Shown: positions 29,737 through 41,127, numbered from the stretch's first letter. The stretch: DNA of 64,000 bases from Sedimentisphaerales bacterium (GCA_963663965.2 CAXXFK010000018.1:64001-128000), one strand, 5' to 3'. Translations and numbers: made by a program. Notes: generated from the sequence alone by a model not told the origin.

Positions 29737-30001
29737 AGCAGACGCCCCCGGGCTTATCCGTCGTCTGGATTTTTCCATGAATTAGAGTCGGCCAGCAATG
29801 AAGCACTACGCGGTCATCCAATTCGACTGGAATCCTGGCAGTTATCGCGGTGTCCTCAGTTGGAATCATGCCCGATAAACCTATTGGCGGTCAATATAGC
29901 GCCACGGGCGGATTTTGCTTGTATTGGGTCTCTCGATGGGTTATAATGATGGTTTGCATTGGAGACCCGAAAGAAGAATACTATTATTATTGAAGGAGAA
30001 A

Positions 30002-30721
30002 ATGATGAAGAGAATGTCTGTATGTGTCGGTATGTTTTTACTGGCGGCGATATTGTGTCCGATAAGTATGGCCCACGCGGGTGTTACGTATTATTGGACG
30101 GACTGGACGGACGCGACGACCGGTCTGGCGGGATCGGCAGATGGTTCGATCGCAACCGGGAGCGAGACGATTGGTATCAGTTATACTGGTGAGGTTAATT
30201 TTGCCCAGACCAATAGTGGGACCAATTACTGGACCGGTCTGAAAAATGGCGGCAGTACGCCGGCCACAACTTACACGGCCGCCGGCCTGGTGGATAACGG
30301 CCCGGTCAGCAGCGATATTATCAGCCTCAAGGGCGGTAACCAGATTGTTAATACAATTACCTTTTCACAGGCAGTTGTTGATCCGGTACTGGCCATTATG
30401 AGTATGGGACAAAATTCTGTACCGGTTAAATATTACTTTGACACACCGTTTGATGTGTTAAGTTTTGGCCAGGGTTACTGGGGCAACGGCACGTTGGCCG
30501 AAGATGCCGGTAATGTGTTATTGGGTTATGAAGGTCATGGTATTATCCAGTTAAAAGGGACTTATACCGCCATCAGCTGGACCTGTCCGACATTTGAAAA
30601 CTGGCACGGCTTTACCGTGGGTGTCGCGGGCGCGGCTATGCCGGCGGTTCCGGCACCGGGCGCTTTGATCCTGAGCGGACTGGGCTCTGGCCTGGTAGGC
30701 TGGATACGTCGCAAGAAATAA
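30002..30721 (+). CDS. Secreted protein with PEP-CTERM-like (VPAPGA) sorting signal
   Basis: Signal peptide ending AHA; C-terminus VPAPGALILSGLGSGLVGWIRRKK. Confidence 0.8.
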   Translation: MMKRMSVCVGMFLLAAILCPISMAHAGVTYYWTDWTDATTGLAGSADGSIATGSETIGISYTGEVNFAQTNSGTNYWTGLKNGGSTPATTYTAAGLVDNGPVSSDIISLKGGNQIVNTITFSQAVVDPVLAIMSMGQNSVPVKYYFDTPFDVLSFGQGYWGNGTLAEDAGNVLLGYEGHGIIQLKGTYTAISWTCPTFENWHGFTVGVAGAAMPAVPAPGALILSGLGSGLVGWIRRKK

Positions 30722-30755
30722 GAATCGCATTAAGTTACGTTCAGAAACAATGATC

Positions 30756-30782
30756 AAGCTCGTCTTTTTGGCGGGCTTTTTT
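30756..30782 (+). terminator. Rho-independent terminator
   Basis: AAGCTCGTC-TTTTT-GGCGGGCTT plus T run. Confidence 0.65.
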
Positions 30783-31091
30783 AATGCGCGAAGAATTCCG
30801 GCAATATTGGGCGGCCCATGCGAATATATTGTGAAATGATGGATTATTCGTGTTATTTTCGCATGGGAAACAGTCACTTAGGCTATGAGAAGCCCAGAGC
30901 AGTGGAAAAACAAAGGATGGCATCGAATTTTCGGTAGATCATGGATTGATAAAAGTCGATGAGATTGCTATAATAATTTATTCCAACAGGATTTGAAGAG
31001 AATCAATCATGCCTTATTCCTGCTTAGCCTGCCTCATCATGAGTCCCCCCTTAGATTTAATCTCCCTTATTGATCTCCCGAGGAATGAACA

Positions 31092-34000
31092 ATGACGTTA
31101 ACTTTGAGAACTATTCTGACGGTTTTATGTTTTGTGTCTGCCGGTATGCCATTGTGCGCGGCGCCCTATTTTGGCGAAGAGACAACGGCGTTACAGCCGG
31201 ATGGGACGTCGGTGACGGTGGTGTTGTGGGGAGATGAATATTATATTCGGGCGGAGACACCGGATGGGTATACGGTGGTGCGCGATCCGGAGACCGGGTG
31301 GATCTGTTACGCGGAGTTGAATGCAGATGGGAGCGACATGTTGTCGACAGGATTGCCCTATGAAGGGGAATCGCTGGAGAGTGGGGTGACGACGGGGAAT
31401 GGGGCCGTGGGCAGTCAGGCACAGATCAAGATTCAGGTGCGGCGCGAGCGGATGCGGGGTGTGGGTAAGAAGATCGATTTGAAACGGGACGCGCGTCTGG
31501 CGAAGGTGCAGGAGAACCGGCGGTTATTGATGGGTGAGCGTTATGACGAGGAGACAGGCATGGTGCTGGCGGCGCCGGGTGATGAGTCGGGCGTGATCAT
31601 ACTGGGAGAGGCGCCAGCGATTGAACCGGCATTGACCGGGACGATGACCGGGTTGACACTGCTGGTGGATTTTCCGGATTTACGCGGGACGATTCCCCGG
31701 GAGGCTATCGATGATTATTGCAACACGCCGGGCTATACCGGCTATAGCAACAACGGCTCGGTGCGGGATTATTTTTATGATATTTCCAATGGGAAACTGA
31801 CCTATCTCAACACTGTGACTGAATATTATACCGCCAGGAACAGCCGGTCTTATTATACAGATGAGTCGATTGGTTATGGCACCCGGGCGCAGGAATTGAT
31901 TAAAGAGGCGCTGGATTATCTGGAGAGTCAGAACTTTAATTTTTCTCAGATTACGGTCAAGAATGGCCGGTTTCAGGCTTTGAACGTCTTTTACGCGGGC
32001 AACGCGGACAATAACTGGGCCAAAGGGATCTGGCCGCATAAAGGATATTATGGCAATTGGGTGTCGCAGAATTATGGTATCCGGACCGGGGATTATCAGA
32101 TTTCCAATATCGGGTCCAACCTGCGTCTGGGTACATTCTGTCATGAGAATGGCCATATGATTCTGGGATTGCCGGATTTGTATGATTATGGCGGGGAATC
32201 GCGGGGTGTGGGTAATTATGACCTGATGGCCGGGGGCGGCAGTTCGACCAATCCGGTACCGGTTAATCCGTATTTCCGGGCGTTGAACGGCTGGGAAAAT
32301 GTGGTTGATATCACCGAAAGCGGTGGAGGGGTAGAATATTCCCATACCTCCAATTCGTTTACAACGTATAAATATACGAACGCGTCCTATACGAATGAAT
32401 ACTTCATGATCGAAAGCAATATCAAGACGGGGCGGCGTTCGGCCATGCCGGATGAGGGCTTATTGATCTGGCATGTTGATACCGCCGGCAGTAACGATAA
32501 TGAACAGATGACGGCAAGTTCGCATTATAAAGTATCCGTTGAGCAGGCGGACGGTCTGTTTCAGTTGGAAAACAATAATAACAGCGGCGGATCAAACGAT
32601 TTGTTTCATGCCGGGAATGCTGACCAGTTCAGCGCCACTACGACACCGGATTCGGATTGGTGGAGTGGTGAAGAATCGGGCCTGTTGATCAGTAATATCA
32701 GTGCGGTGGGGACACCGATGACCTTTATCGCAGTGAATGTCAACAATGACTTCTGGGTGACACCCGGTGGTGCCGGTGTGCGGTTTACCCGTCTGGAAGA
32801 CGGACCGATTGTGCCTGGGAGCCAGGCGCTGACATTACATAATAATAACTCCTCGCGTACCGTTTCGTTTACGGCTCAGACGGGTTCGAGCTGGTTGGGT
32901 CTCTCGCCGACCAGCGGTCAAATCAGTCCGCAATCGACCGCAACGATTACGGTGGTTCCACAGGGAAACCTGTCGACACTGGATCCTCAAGCCCTGACGG
33001 GAACGATTACCGTGACGGATCTTGGCACCAGTATTCAATATTCACGAAACGTGGTTCTGTCGATTAAAAACCGCCTTGGGGTAGCGTACTGGACGCTGGA
33101 TGATACCGGCACAGATGAAGCGCTGGATGCGACGGGTAGCGGTTTCAATGGTATTTTGTCAGGTGGACTATCCTACGCGACCAATAAAGCGGAGGGACGC
33201 TTTGGCGATTGCCTGCAATTTGACGGGATTAATGATTATATCGATGTTCCCAATGGATTTGAGGATTTCAGTGTGGGGTATACCATTTCATTCTGGGCCA
33301 ATCCAAGCGCGGCAAAAACCTGGGCACGGTTTATCGATTTCGGCAATGGCGCACCCAGTGATAATATTCTGGTTACGCGGCGCAGTAGTTCCAAAGATCT
33401 GCAAGTCGACGCATATAAAGGCGCCACCCGGCTGGGGACACTGATCGTGACGGATGCTATTGAGTTGGATGTCTGGCAGCATTTTGTCGTGGCGGTTGAT
33501 GATGCCGGGCAGGCTGTTTTGTATAAGAATGGCCAGTCGATCCAGACGGGGAATCTGGGGATCCTGGAGAATATTACCCGAGGTAACAATTATATCGGGC
33601 GAAGCAACTGGGCCGCGGACGCTTACTATGAAGGGTATCTGGATGATGTGCGGATTTATAACTACGCGCTGACCGGGGAGGAGATTGGTGATTTATATGC
33701 CAATGGCGGAGGGAGTTTTAATTTAAGCCCGGCCAAGGCCGCTTCCGGTGTCTACTGTGACGCGCAGCTGGAGTGGATTCCGGGACCGCTGACCCAAAGG
33801 CATCTGGTTTATTTCGGGCAGGATGAGACCCTGGTTGATACCAGCGATCGTTATGGCGGCGCTTATTTGGCGGTGAGTGAAACCAACCGTTTTGATCCGC
33901 CGATGCTGGCCACCGGCCAGGATTATTACTGGCGGATAGACGATGAACTGATTAACGGACAGGTTGTCAAAGGTGTGACCCGTCGTTTTCATACGACCGG

Positions 34001-36230
34001 GTCGATTACTTATGAAGTATGGAAAGGAATCTCCGGAACGGCGATCTCCGCCCTGACCGATTCTCCGGCGTATCCGGATCATCCGGATATCCGGGAGCAT
34101 GCGTTATCGTTTGACGCTCCGGTTAACTGGGAGGATAATTATGGCACGCGGATGCGTGGCTATCTGATCCCCAAGACCAGCGGCCGGTATACGTTCTGGA
34201 TTGCCGGTGATGACAATTGCGAACTGTGGCTCAGTGAAAACGCCGATCCCCGCTACGCGACCCAAATTGCCTATGTGCCGGGATGGAGCGACTGGCATCA
34301 ATGGGTGAAATATAGCGAACAGGCATCCAATTCGATCGATCTGAAGGCGGGCAAGCGATATTATATCATGGCCTTGCATAAAGAGGGAGGCGGCGGAGAT
34401 AACCTATCGGTAGCCTGGCAGGGGCCGGACAGTCCGAGTCGCAGTGTGATTGGCGCGGAATTCCTACAGCCGTATTATGGCAATAAACGTCCACAGTTTG
34501 CATTCGCGTATGAAGAAAAAGCAAAGGTGGCAGAAGGAGAGACATTGCTAGATTATTTAAACAGCCAGGCAGAGGATCCGGACGGCGACTGGATTACGTA
34601 TCGTAAACTTGGCGGGCCGGCCTGGCTGTCGGTGAGAGCGGACGGTACCCTGGGTGGCACACCTGACTGGCAGGATGGCGGCGATAACTATTTCCGCATT
34701 GGCGCTGTCGACAACCGGGGCAGCCAGGGTGAAATGCGATTGAAGATTCCAGTGGCCAATAAGCATGGAGGGGAACGGGGCCGTCGCGATCTGGCGGATC
34801 TGGCAACAAACTGGCTGGCCGATGATCCGTCGGGAACTGGCGTGAGTGAGATTTCGGATCTGGATTTGGATCACACAGTGGATATGCAGGATATGGGGAT
34901 TATGACCGGGCGCTGGCAAACGGGTATTGTCGATGGTCTGGTTGCCTCTTACTCGATGGATAACCAGGGCGGGACCGTGGTGCATGACGGCTATGGCGAT
35001 CATGACGGCCAGCTCTTGAACAGCGGTGAGTTTAACTGGACAAGCGGTGTTCAGGGCGATGCCTTGCGGTTTGATGGTTATGATGATCTGGTCGATTGCG
35101 GCTCAAACAATGAGGTTACGAATCTGAGTGGCGACTTCAGTGTTTCGTTGTGGATGAAAGTTGACGCCATCTCATTGACCAAGACCATGCATATACTGGG
35201 TCAGCGGAATAGCAACCAGCATATCTGGAGCTTGCAACTCTGGGGCGCCCAGGATGGGCATTTAACCGGATTCGTGAACAGCAGCGGTAACTGGGCGCTG
35301 ACTGAGACGAATGTTACTCCTGAGCCTGGCCGCTGGTATCATGTGGTGATGAATTATGCCGATCGGGGAGATCGAAAAGTACGCATCTATGTTGATGGGA
35401 CCGAAGCCGGGACTTTACAGCAGTCGACCGCCAGCGGTAGCAAGCAGGTCAGTACTTCGATCCCCCTGACGATGGGTGACCGAGTTGGCGGTGACCGGAC
35501 GTTCGCCGGTTTGCTCGATAATGTGGCTGTTTACAATAAAGTGTTATCCAGCAATGAAATTCACGAACTGGGCCGGCAGGACGCGTATGTTGCCCATTGG
35601 CCATTCGATACCGATGCCACTGACAGTCAGGGTGTCAATCATGGAACGTTTAAGAATGGAGCTGGAATTGTCGTTGAAACGGGAGAGGTTGTAATTGGCG
35701 CCGGCGCTTTAAAGCTGGATGGTGTAGATGATCAGGTATCCTGTGTTACGGGCGCCGATATTACCCAGCAGGGCGATTTCAGTGTCTCTTTATGGATCAA
35801 GCCGGATGATATTTCTTTAAGCAATACCATGCACCTGATCGGCCAGCGAGACGCTTTCAATCATATCTGGAGTTTTCAGTTATGGGGCGCCCAGAGCGGG
35901 CATCTGACCGGTTTTGTCAATAGCAGCGGCGGCTGGGCGTTAACCGAATCAGATTTTACGCCCGAGGTTGGGCACTGGTATCATATCGTGATGACCTACA
36001 GCGATTCCGGGGACCGGAAGGTCTGGCTTTATGTGAATGGCGTGATGATGGGGACGATGCAGCAATCCGCGGCGGCGGGTGACCGGCTCGTGAGTCAGTC
36101 TATTCCTCTGACGATTGGAGACAAGACCGGTGGCCAACGGGCCTTTGCCGGGACCATCGATGATGTCAGAATTTATGGCAAAGTGTTGAGCGCTGAAGAT
36201 GTTCAGGCACTGGCCAATGGCATTTATTGA
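31092..36230 (+). CDS. Secreted M6 (immune inhibitor A-like) metalloprotease with BACON-like, LamG x3, PA14, Ig-like and dockerin-like modules
   Basis: 'GSVRDYF', zincin 'CHENGH..LGLPDLY', 'GLLIWHVD'; LamG 'G.LDDVRIYN.AL'; PA14 'YTFWIAGDDN..LWLS'. Confidence 0.88.
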   Translation: MTLTLRTILTVLCFVSAGMPLCAAPYFGEETTALQPDGTSVTVVLWGDEYYIRAETPDGYTVVRDPETGWICYAELNADGSDMLSTGLPYEGESLESGVTTGNGAVGSQAQIKIQVRRERMRGVGKKIDLKRDARLAKVQENRRLLMGERYDEETGMVLAAPGDESGVIILGEAPAIEPALTGTMTGLTLLVDFPDLRGTIPREAIDDYCNTPGYTGYSNNGSVRDYFYDISNGKLTYLNTVTEYYTARNSRSYYTDESIGYGTRAQELIKEALDYLESQNFNFSQITVKNGRFQALNVFYAGNADNNWAKGIWPHKGYYGNWVSQNYGIRTGDYQISNIGSNLRLGTFCHENGHMILGLPDLYDYGGESRGVGNYDLMAGGGSSTNPVPVNPYFRALNGWENVVDITESGGGVEYSHTSNSFTTYKYTNASYTNEYFMIESNIKTGRRSAMPDEGLLIWHVDTAGSNDNEQMTASSHYKVSVEQADGLFQLENNNNSGGSNDLFHAGNADQFSATTTPDSDWWSGEESGLLISNISAVGTPMTFIAVNVNNDFWVTPGGAGVRFTRLEDGPIVPGSQALTLHNNNSSRTVSFTAQTGSSWLGLSPTSGQISPQSTATITVVPQGNLSTLDPQALTGTITVTDLGTSIQYSRNVVLSIKNRLGVAYWTLDDTGTDEALDATGSGFNGILSGGLSYATNKAEGRFGDCLQFDGINDYIDVPNGFEDFSVGYTISFWANPSAAKTWARFIDFGNGAPSDNILVTRRSSSKDLQVDAYKGATRLGTLIVTDAIELDVWQHFVVAVDDAGQAVLYKNGQSIQTGNLGILENITRGNNYIGRSNWAADAYYEGYLDDVRIYNYALTGEEIGDLYANGGGSFNLSPAKAASGVYCDAQLEWIPGPLTQRHLVYFGQDETLVDTSDRYGGAYLAVSETNRFDPPMLATGQDYYWRIDDELINGQVVKGVTRRFHTTGSITYEVWKGISGTAISALTDSPAYPDHPDIREHALSFDAPVNWEDNYGTRMRGYLIPKTSGRYTFWIAGDDNCELWLSENADPRYATQIAYVPGWSDWHQWVKYSEQASNSIDLKAGKRYYIMALHKEGGGGDNLSVAWQGPDSPSRSVIGAEFLQPYYGNKRPQFAFAYEEKAKVAEGETLLDYLNSQAEDPDGDWITYRKLGGPAWLSVRADGTLGGTPDWQDGGDNYFRIGAVDNRGSQGEMRLKIPVANKHGGERGRRDLADLATNWLADDPSGTGVSEISDLDLDHTVDMQDMGIMTGRWQTGIVDGLVASYSMDNQGGTVVHDGYGDHDGQLLNSGEFNWTSGVQGDALRFDGYDDLVDCGSNNEVTNLSGDFSVSLWMKVDAISLTKTMHILGQRNSNQHIWSLQLWGAQDGHLTGFVNSSGNWALTETNVTPEPGRWYHVVMNYADRGDRKVRIYVDGTEAGTLQQSTASGSKQVSTSIPLTMGDRVGGDRTFAGLLDNVAVYNKVLSSNEIHELGRQDAYVAHWPFDTDATDSQGVNHGTFKNGAGIVVETGEVVIGAGALKLDGVDDQVSCVTGADITQQGDFSVSLWIKPDDISLSNTMHLIGQRDAFNHIWSFQLWGAQSGHLTGFVNSSGGWALTESDFTPEVGHWYHIVMTYSDSGDRKVWLYVNGVMMGTMQQSAAAGDRLVSQSIPLTIGDKTGGQRAFAGTIDDVRIYGKVLSAEDVQALANGIY

Positions 36231-36272
36231 TCCCAGTCAGGATCGATTAAAAACTGCCAGGCATAACTGTTA

Positions 36273-37310
36273 TCAGGTGAGAAATTCCGCCCAGTCCGCT
36301 TTGAATTCGCCCTGGGTGGCGAGTTCGATCAGGTATTGGGCCAGGCGCCGACCGTTGAATTCGCGGTGGCAATGTTCCATGCCGGCCCGGGCGATCGTTT
36401 TGCGGGCGGATTCATCCTTAGAGAAGCGTTCGGCGAGTTCGAGGCATTGTTCGATGGTATGGAAATAGCAAAGATGTTCCTGATCGCGGAACAGGCATTC
36501 GGTGTTGGGGACATGGCGTGCGAGGGTAAAGGCGCCGCAGGCGAGCAGGTGGGTGAGGCGGTCGGAATGGTATTTGGAGATGGTATTGAAGGCGTTGATG
36601 GATAACGCCATTTTCGCGCCCCGGATGGCGTCGAAATATTCTTTTCCGACCAGGCCCGGACGCGACAAACAGCCCCAGACGGTCATATTGTGTTTCTCGA
36701 CCAATTGGTGAATCAGTTCGGGGCGCATGGTATCCTGGCCGATGAGATGGTGAGATAACTTGCCGACAAAAAGCAGATTGCTTTGCCATTGCGAGTCGAC
36801 CGGAGCGGGATGTTCGGTATCCGGGTCACAAGGGTTGGGCAGGAAGGCGATCCGCTTCAGGCCGGCCTGTTGATATTTTATGAGGTCTTCTCCAGCTCCG
36901 GATGGGATAAACCAGTCGCAAAGCCGGCCAATCGGCATGACTTGTTCATCGTGGCAATGCAGGGCGTCGCTGTAACGAAACAGGAAAACCGCATGAGGCG
37001 CTTCGGCGCGCAGCATTTCAACCGTCTGATGATCGAGCAACTTGTAAACCATTAAGATGATGATATCGGGCTGATAATGGCGGGTGAGTTGCGCCAGGGC
37101 CTGATCCGTGCGTTTACGGGCTAATTTCAAGGCCAGTTTACGGGATTGAAACGGGCTGAATTGCAGCAGCATATTGGGATAGCTGAATTCAAGGACATCA
37201 TGGCCCAGGCGCTGGAAGCCTTTGCTGAATTTCCGCAGATTACTCCAGAGCGTTCCCGGATGGCCATGGCGAAAATCGCCGATCAACAGAATTTTCATCG
37301 ATGCAGTCAT
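36273..37310 (-). CDS. Glycosyltransferase (CgeB / Glyco_trans_1_2-like)
   Basis: 'LFVG', 'SDRLTHLLACGAF.L', 'RKTIARAG'. Confidence 0.75.
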   Translation of the reverse strand: MTASMKILLIGDFRHGHPGTLWSNLRKFSKGFQRLGHDVLEFSYPNMLLQFSPFQSRKLALKLARKRTDQALAQLTRHYQPDIIILMVYKLLDHQTVEMLRAEAPHAVFLFRYSDALHCHDEQVMPIGRLCDWFIPSGAGEDLIKYQQAGLKRIAFLPNPCDPDTEHPAPVDSQWQSNLLFVGKLSHHLIGQDTMRPELIHQLVEKHNMTVWGCLSRPGLVGKEYFDAIRGAKMALSINAFNTISKYHSDRLTHLLACGAFTLARHVPNTECLFRDQEHLCYFHTIEQCLELAERFSKDESARKTIARAGMEHCHREFNGRRLAQYLIELATQGEFKADWAEFLT

Positions 37311-37315
37311 AAACG

Positions 37316-38359
37316 TTAGAGTCGAGCGAGGCTGTCGTCAAAAAAGCGGGTCAGTGTTTCGCGATAGGTTTTCCGGTTGTTCAGATAGGGTTCGAAGGGG
37401 GCCGGGTCTTGATTAAGAATACGTTGAGTATATCGAATCAATGCGGGATAGAGTCCGTTACGAAATCCTTCGATATTCCAGTTTTCACCCTGGTAGGTCT
37501 GGACAAAGGCTTCGCCGCGTAAATCAAATGAGACCGGAATGAACGGTGTGCCCAGTGACAGTGAAATAATCGTGGAATGCAACCGGAAACCGACCACATA
37601 ACGCGCCTGGTTATATAAGTCATAATAAGGCTGGGTTTCGAGCGAATGCACGACCGGGCAGGCGGGGGCCAGTCTGGCGGCCAGCGGCAGATCCCGTTCG
37701 TGGTGGCAACTCAGAACGACTTCAAAGCCCTGCTGCCGGCAATGCCGGATATATTTTTGTACAGACCGTGTCAGGAAAAATGCCGCCAACCGCTTCTTTT
37801 TGCCAAACTCAGCGGAGGGTACTGAAATAGCGACAGGACCTTCATGGCGGAAACAAAACGGTTGATCGAAAACGAAGGTGGCGGGGCAGCCGGTTAATAT
37901 CATATTCCGGATGCCAAACGCTTTGAGATATTCGACCGTCGGCCGGTCACGAACCGATGAGCCGATGGCTATCTGATTCAGCGCGATCATTTCCGCGCGG
38001 CTTTGATCGGAGCAGGTACGAATGGTATTGAAACTGGATCCGCAACCGATCCCAACCAGCAACACCGGTTTTTTAATCTGTTTGATACTATCCAGATCGG
38101 TCACGACGCCCCATTGACCATTTTTGCGGCACTGGTAAAGATTGGAGCCGCCAATGACGATGAGATCCGCCTGGCGGTTTGAACGTTCCAGATTGGGGCC
38201 CCGCAAGCCGTAATATTCGGCCGGGATATGGGGCCGGTTTACCGGAATCAATTCAATGGTCGCATCGGGGAAATGGCGGCGCAGCTGTTTGTGGATTCCG
38301 TTGATAACGAAATCGTCGCCGATATTCTTTCTGCGGGGACAATAATGGTGAATGATCAT
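37316..38359 (-). CDS. Polysaccharide pyruvyl transferase family protein
   Basis: 'NIGD', 'VIGGSN', 'SVRD', 'GCPA', 'GFRLHS.I.S...GTP'. Confidence 0.85.
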   Translation of the reverse strand: MIIHHYCPRRKNIGDDFVINGIHKQLRRHFPDATIELIPVNRPHIPAEYYGLRGPNLERSNRQADLIVIGGSNLYQCRKNGQWGVVTDLDSIKQIKKPVLLVGIGCGSSFNTIRTCSDQSRAEMIALNQIAIGSSVRDRPTVEYLKAFGIRNMILTGCPATFVFDQPFCFRHEGPVAISVPSAEFGKKKRLAAFFLTRSVQKYIRHCRQQGFEVVLSCHHERDLPLAARLAPACPVVHSLETQPYYDLYNQARYVVGFRLHSTIISLSLGTPFIPVSFDLRGEAFVQTYQGENWNIEGFRNGLYPALIRYTQRILNQDPAPFEPYLNNRKTYRETLTRFFDDSLARL

Positions 38360-38582
38360 GAAGGTATCGAGATTTAAATTTTTATAGCTAGCCGGTTCGG
38401 GTTAAAAGACGCAATCCTGAGGATTCCGGGTAACATTATGCATAAATAGCCCGGACTGTCAAGACTGATGGCTGTTGGCACACGGGCAGTATCCTAGTCA
38501 GGATCGCTTCGATTTAGTATTTTCAATTAGTTAGCGATGGTGTATAGTATTCTACGGGCCGAAACGGCCTTTATGGACAGTT

Positions 38583-39716
38583 ATGCGAATCTGTTTATTG
38601 ACATCGACTTTTTTGCCCAAACTGGGCGGCGCGGAGTTATGCGTCGATTACCTGGCGCGTGAATTTCATTCGGCGGGTCATGACGTCGTGGTGGTGGCCC
38701 CGGTTTCGGATTCGCCGAATTCAGTCATTGACCGGCCTTATCCCATTTATCGCTATCAGAAACCGTTCAGTCAATATGGCTGGTATGGGGCGGCAAAGCG
38801 GTTGTTAATACGTTTACAGCGGGAAAAGCCGTTCGATCTTGTCAATGCTCATATGACCTATCCGGCCGGTTATCTTGGTCGATGGATGGCGGTCCGGTTT
38901 GGCATCCCGCTGGTGATAACTCCACATGGCGGCGGTTTGTTTTACCGATCACGTTTCCGCCGGCGCCGGTGGATCTGGTCGCGCATTATTAACGCTCTGG
39001 AACAGGCTGATGGTGTGATCGCGCTCAGCGGCTATTTTGAGACCTTGCTCCGGGAAGCGGCTCCCGGCCAGCGGCAGATCGTGCGGATTGGTAATGGCGT
39101 TGACAATAGCGAATACGCAGCGATCGAATCGGCATTTACCGGACCGCTGGCATTTCTGAATGGATGTCACTATGTGATGGGAATCGGGCGCCTGGTGGGA
39201 CGCAAAGGGTTCGACACCGCGATAAAAGGATTTGCGCGGGTCGCCGCTGACTATCCTGAGTTGCATCTGGTATTGGCGGGTGATGGCCCAAAGCGGGACG
39301 AGTTAGAGGCGCTTGCCCGGCAAAGCGGCGGAGGTGAACGGATCCATTTTGTCGGCGCTCAGACCGGGCGGATTAAAGTGGCGTTACTGCAACGGGCCCA
39401 GTTGGTTATTATCCCGTCAGTGGAAGAAGATAACATGCCGCTGGTGGTGCTGGAAGCGATGGCCGCGGGCCGGCCGGTGCTGGCCAGCCGGTTGGGTGGG
39501 ATTCCTGATGTTGTGGTAGATGGTGAAAACGGCAGGTTATTTGAACCGGGCAATGATCAGGAACTGGCCACAGGCTTAGGAGAGATGATGCAGCAGGGTA
39601 AGAAATTGGAGCGGATGGCTCATCTTGCCCGACAAACAGCCGATAACCTGGATTGGTCTGTCATATCGAAACAATATTTACAGATGTTCCAGCAAATTAC
39701 CCAGCAGAACACCTGA
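38583..39716 (+). CDS. Glycosyltransferase family 4
   Basis: 'GGAE', 'IGNGVD', 'GRLV.RKG', 'LVVLEAMAAGRPVLAS..GGIPDVV'. Confidence 0.9.
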   Translation: MRICLLTSTFLPKLGGAELCVDYLAREFHSAGHDVVVVAPVSDSPNSVIDRPYPIYRYQKPFSQYGWYGAAKRLLIRLQREKPFDLVNAHMTYPAGYLGRWMAVRFGIPLVITPHGGGLFYRSRFRRRRWIWSRIINALEQADGVIALSGYFETLLREAAPGQRQIVRIGNGVDNSEYAAIESAFTGPLAFLNGCHYVMGIGRLVGRKGFDTAIKGFARVAADYPELHLVLAGDGPKRDELEALARQSGGGERIHFVGAQTGRIKVALLQRAQLVIIPSVEEDNMPLVVLEAMAAGRPVLASRLGGIPDVVVDGENGRLFEPGNDQELATGLGEMMQQGKKLERMAHLARQTADNLDWSVISKQYLQMFQQITQQNT

Positions 39717-39734
39717 TTGTTACAATCAGGTTTG

Positions 39735-40958
39735 TCAGGACAATTCTGGACCCAGACCCTGAATTGTAAATGATGCCATTTGATACTGTTCCAGGACTGT
39801 CATGACATCATCCCGGCTGACTTTTTCGAGTAAGAGGAGTTCTTCTGCCAGGGGAATGTTTTCGTGTCGATAGGTCCAGTCGAAACCCAGGGGCACCAGG
39901 CGGCCCATGGGCAGTTCACCGTGAAGCGTAAGCGCTGATGCGATTTTATTTTTATTAGCGATCAGTTCATTGTCCCGGATCCCGTCCTGCATGAGTTTGG
40001 TATAGACGGATCGAACGGTATCCAGAACTTTTTCGGTGTTTTGCGGGTCGCAGGAGATATAGGTAAAAAACGCGCCGGTTCCATCCATGGCGTCGTAATC
40101 CATATCGGCGCTATCGGCCATTGCATTATCGACCAGGGCCCAATATAAGCGGGAATTGGCGGTATCGCCAATAATGTTGGATAGGATCAGGGCGGCGCGT
40201 CTTAAATCATCCTGGGAGGAAGGACCGGCATTGATCAGGCATAAATGCTGGCGGACGATATTGGCACGCGATTCCATCCGGATCTGCCCGGTACCAGAAA
40301 AATGGCTGAGTGAACGCTGGGGGTTGGTGGGTTCCCAATGGCCGCAAAATCGATGGGCCTGTTCCACCAGACGATCCCAATCGATTTTGCCGCAGGCAGC
40401 CAGCACCATATTATCCGGCGCGTACCGGCGATGGAAATAATCCCGCATCTGATCGGCGGTGAGGGCTGTAATGCTTTCATCGGTACCGAGTACGGAATTG
40501 CCACAGCTATGGTTGCCGAAATGCAGTTGCCGGCAGCGGTCCATGACATCGAAATGCGGCATATCCTTGTACATGGCAATTTCTTCCAGGATCACGTTCT
40601 TTTCCATGTTGAAATCATCATCGCGCAAGGCGGGTCTCAATAGGTCGGCCCATAATTCGATGATTTGATTCTGATATTCCGGCAGAATGGCCGCGTAAAA
40701 AACGGTATTTTCTTCAGAGGTAAACGCGTTATATTTGGCGCCCATCCGGTCGAACTCCAGATTCACTTCGAGCGCGGATCGTTTATGAGTCCCTTTAAAC
40801 ATCATATGTTCCAGAAAATGGCTGACTCCGGCCACTTCGGGCCATTCATCGCGTGATCCGGTTCGGGTAAAAAAACCCAGCGCCATGGACCGGGCGGAAG
40901 GCATTTCTTCGGCTATTATGGTTAAACCATTATTTAGAATGGTTTTATGGAATTTCAT
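39735..40958 (-). CDS. M16 (pitrilysin-like) zinc peptidase
   Basis: Inverzincin 'SHFLEHMMFKGT', 'NAFTS.E'. Confidence 0.92.
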   Translation of the reverse strand: MKFHKTILNNGLTIIAEEMPSARSMALGFFTRTGSRDEWPEVAGVSHFLEHMMFKGTHKRSALEVNLEFDRMGAKYNAFTSEENTVFYAAILPEYQNQIIELWADLLRPALRDDDFNMEKNVILEEIAMYKDMPHFDVMDRCRQLHFGNHSCGNSVLGTDESITALTADQMRDYFHRRYAPDNMVLAACGKIDWDRLVEQAHRFCGHWEPTNPQRSLSHFSGTGQIRMESRANIVRQHLCLINAGPSSQDDLRRAALILSNIIGDTANSRLYWALVDNAMADSADMDYDAMDGTGAFFTYISCDPQNTEKVLDTVRSVYTKLMQDGIRDNELIANKNKIASALTLHGELPMGRLVPLGFDWTYRHENIPLAEELLLLEKVSRDDVMTVLEQYQMASFTIQGLGPELS

Positions 40959-41091
40959 ATTGGTTCCTTAGTTAGGGACATTTGATATAACAGGGTATTA
41001 TTTCAGGCATTATAGTGATACGTACCTGATGCATCAATGAAATGATTGGTACTTTTCAAAGAGGTTAAATGTCATAGCTGATTCAGTTGAT

Positions 41092-41127
41092 AAAAAAACA
41101 CCGGTCATTGATCAATTTACCGGTGTT
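41092..41127 (-). terminator. Rho-independent terminator
   Basis: AACACCGGT..ACCGGTGTT stem preceded by an A run (T run on the minus strand). Confidence 0.6.

Noticed and set aside
35130..36000. Internal duplication in the M6 protease as a DGR template/variable repeat pair
   Set aside because: These are two in-frame LamG domains differing largely at synonymous positions, not adenine-specifically; the only RT is a group II intron RT
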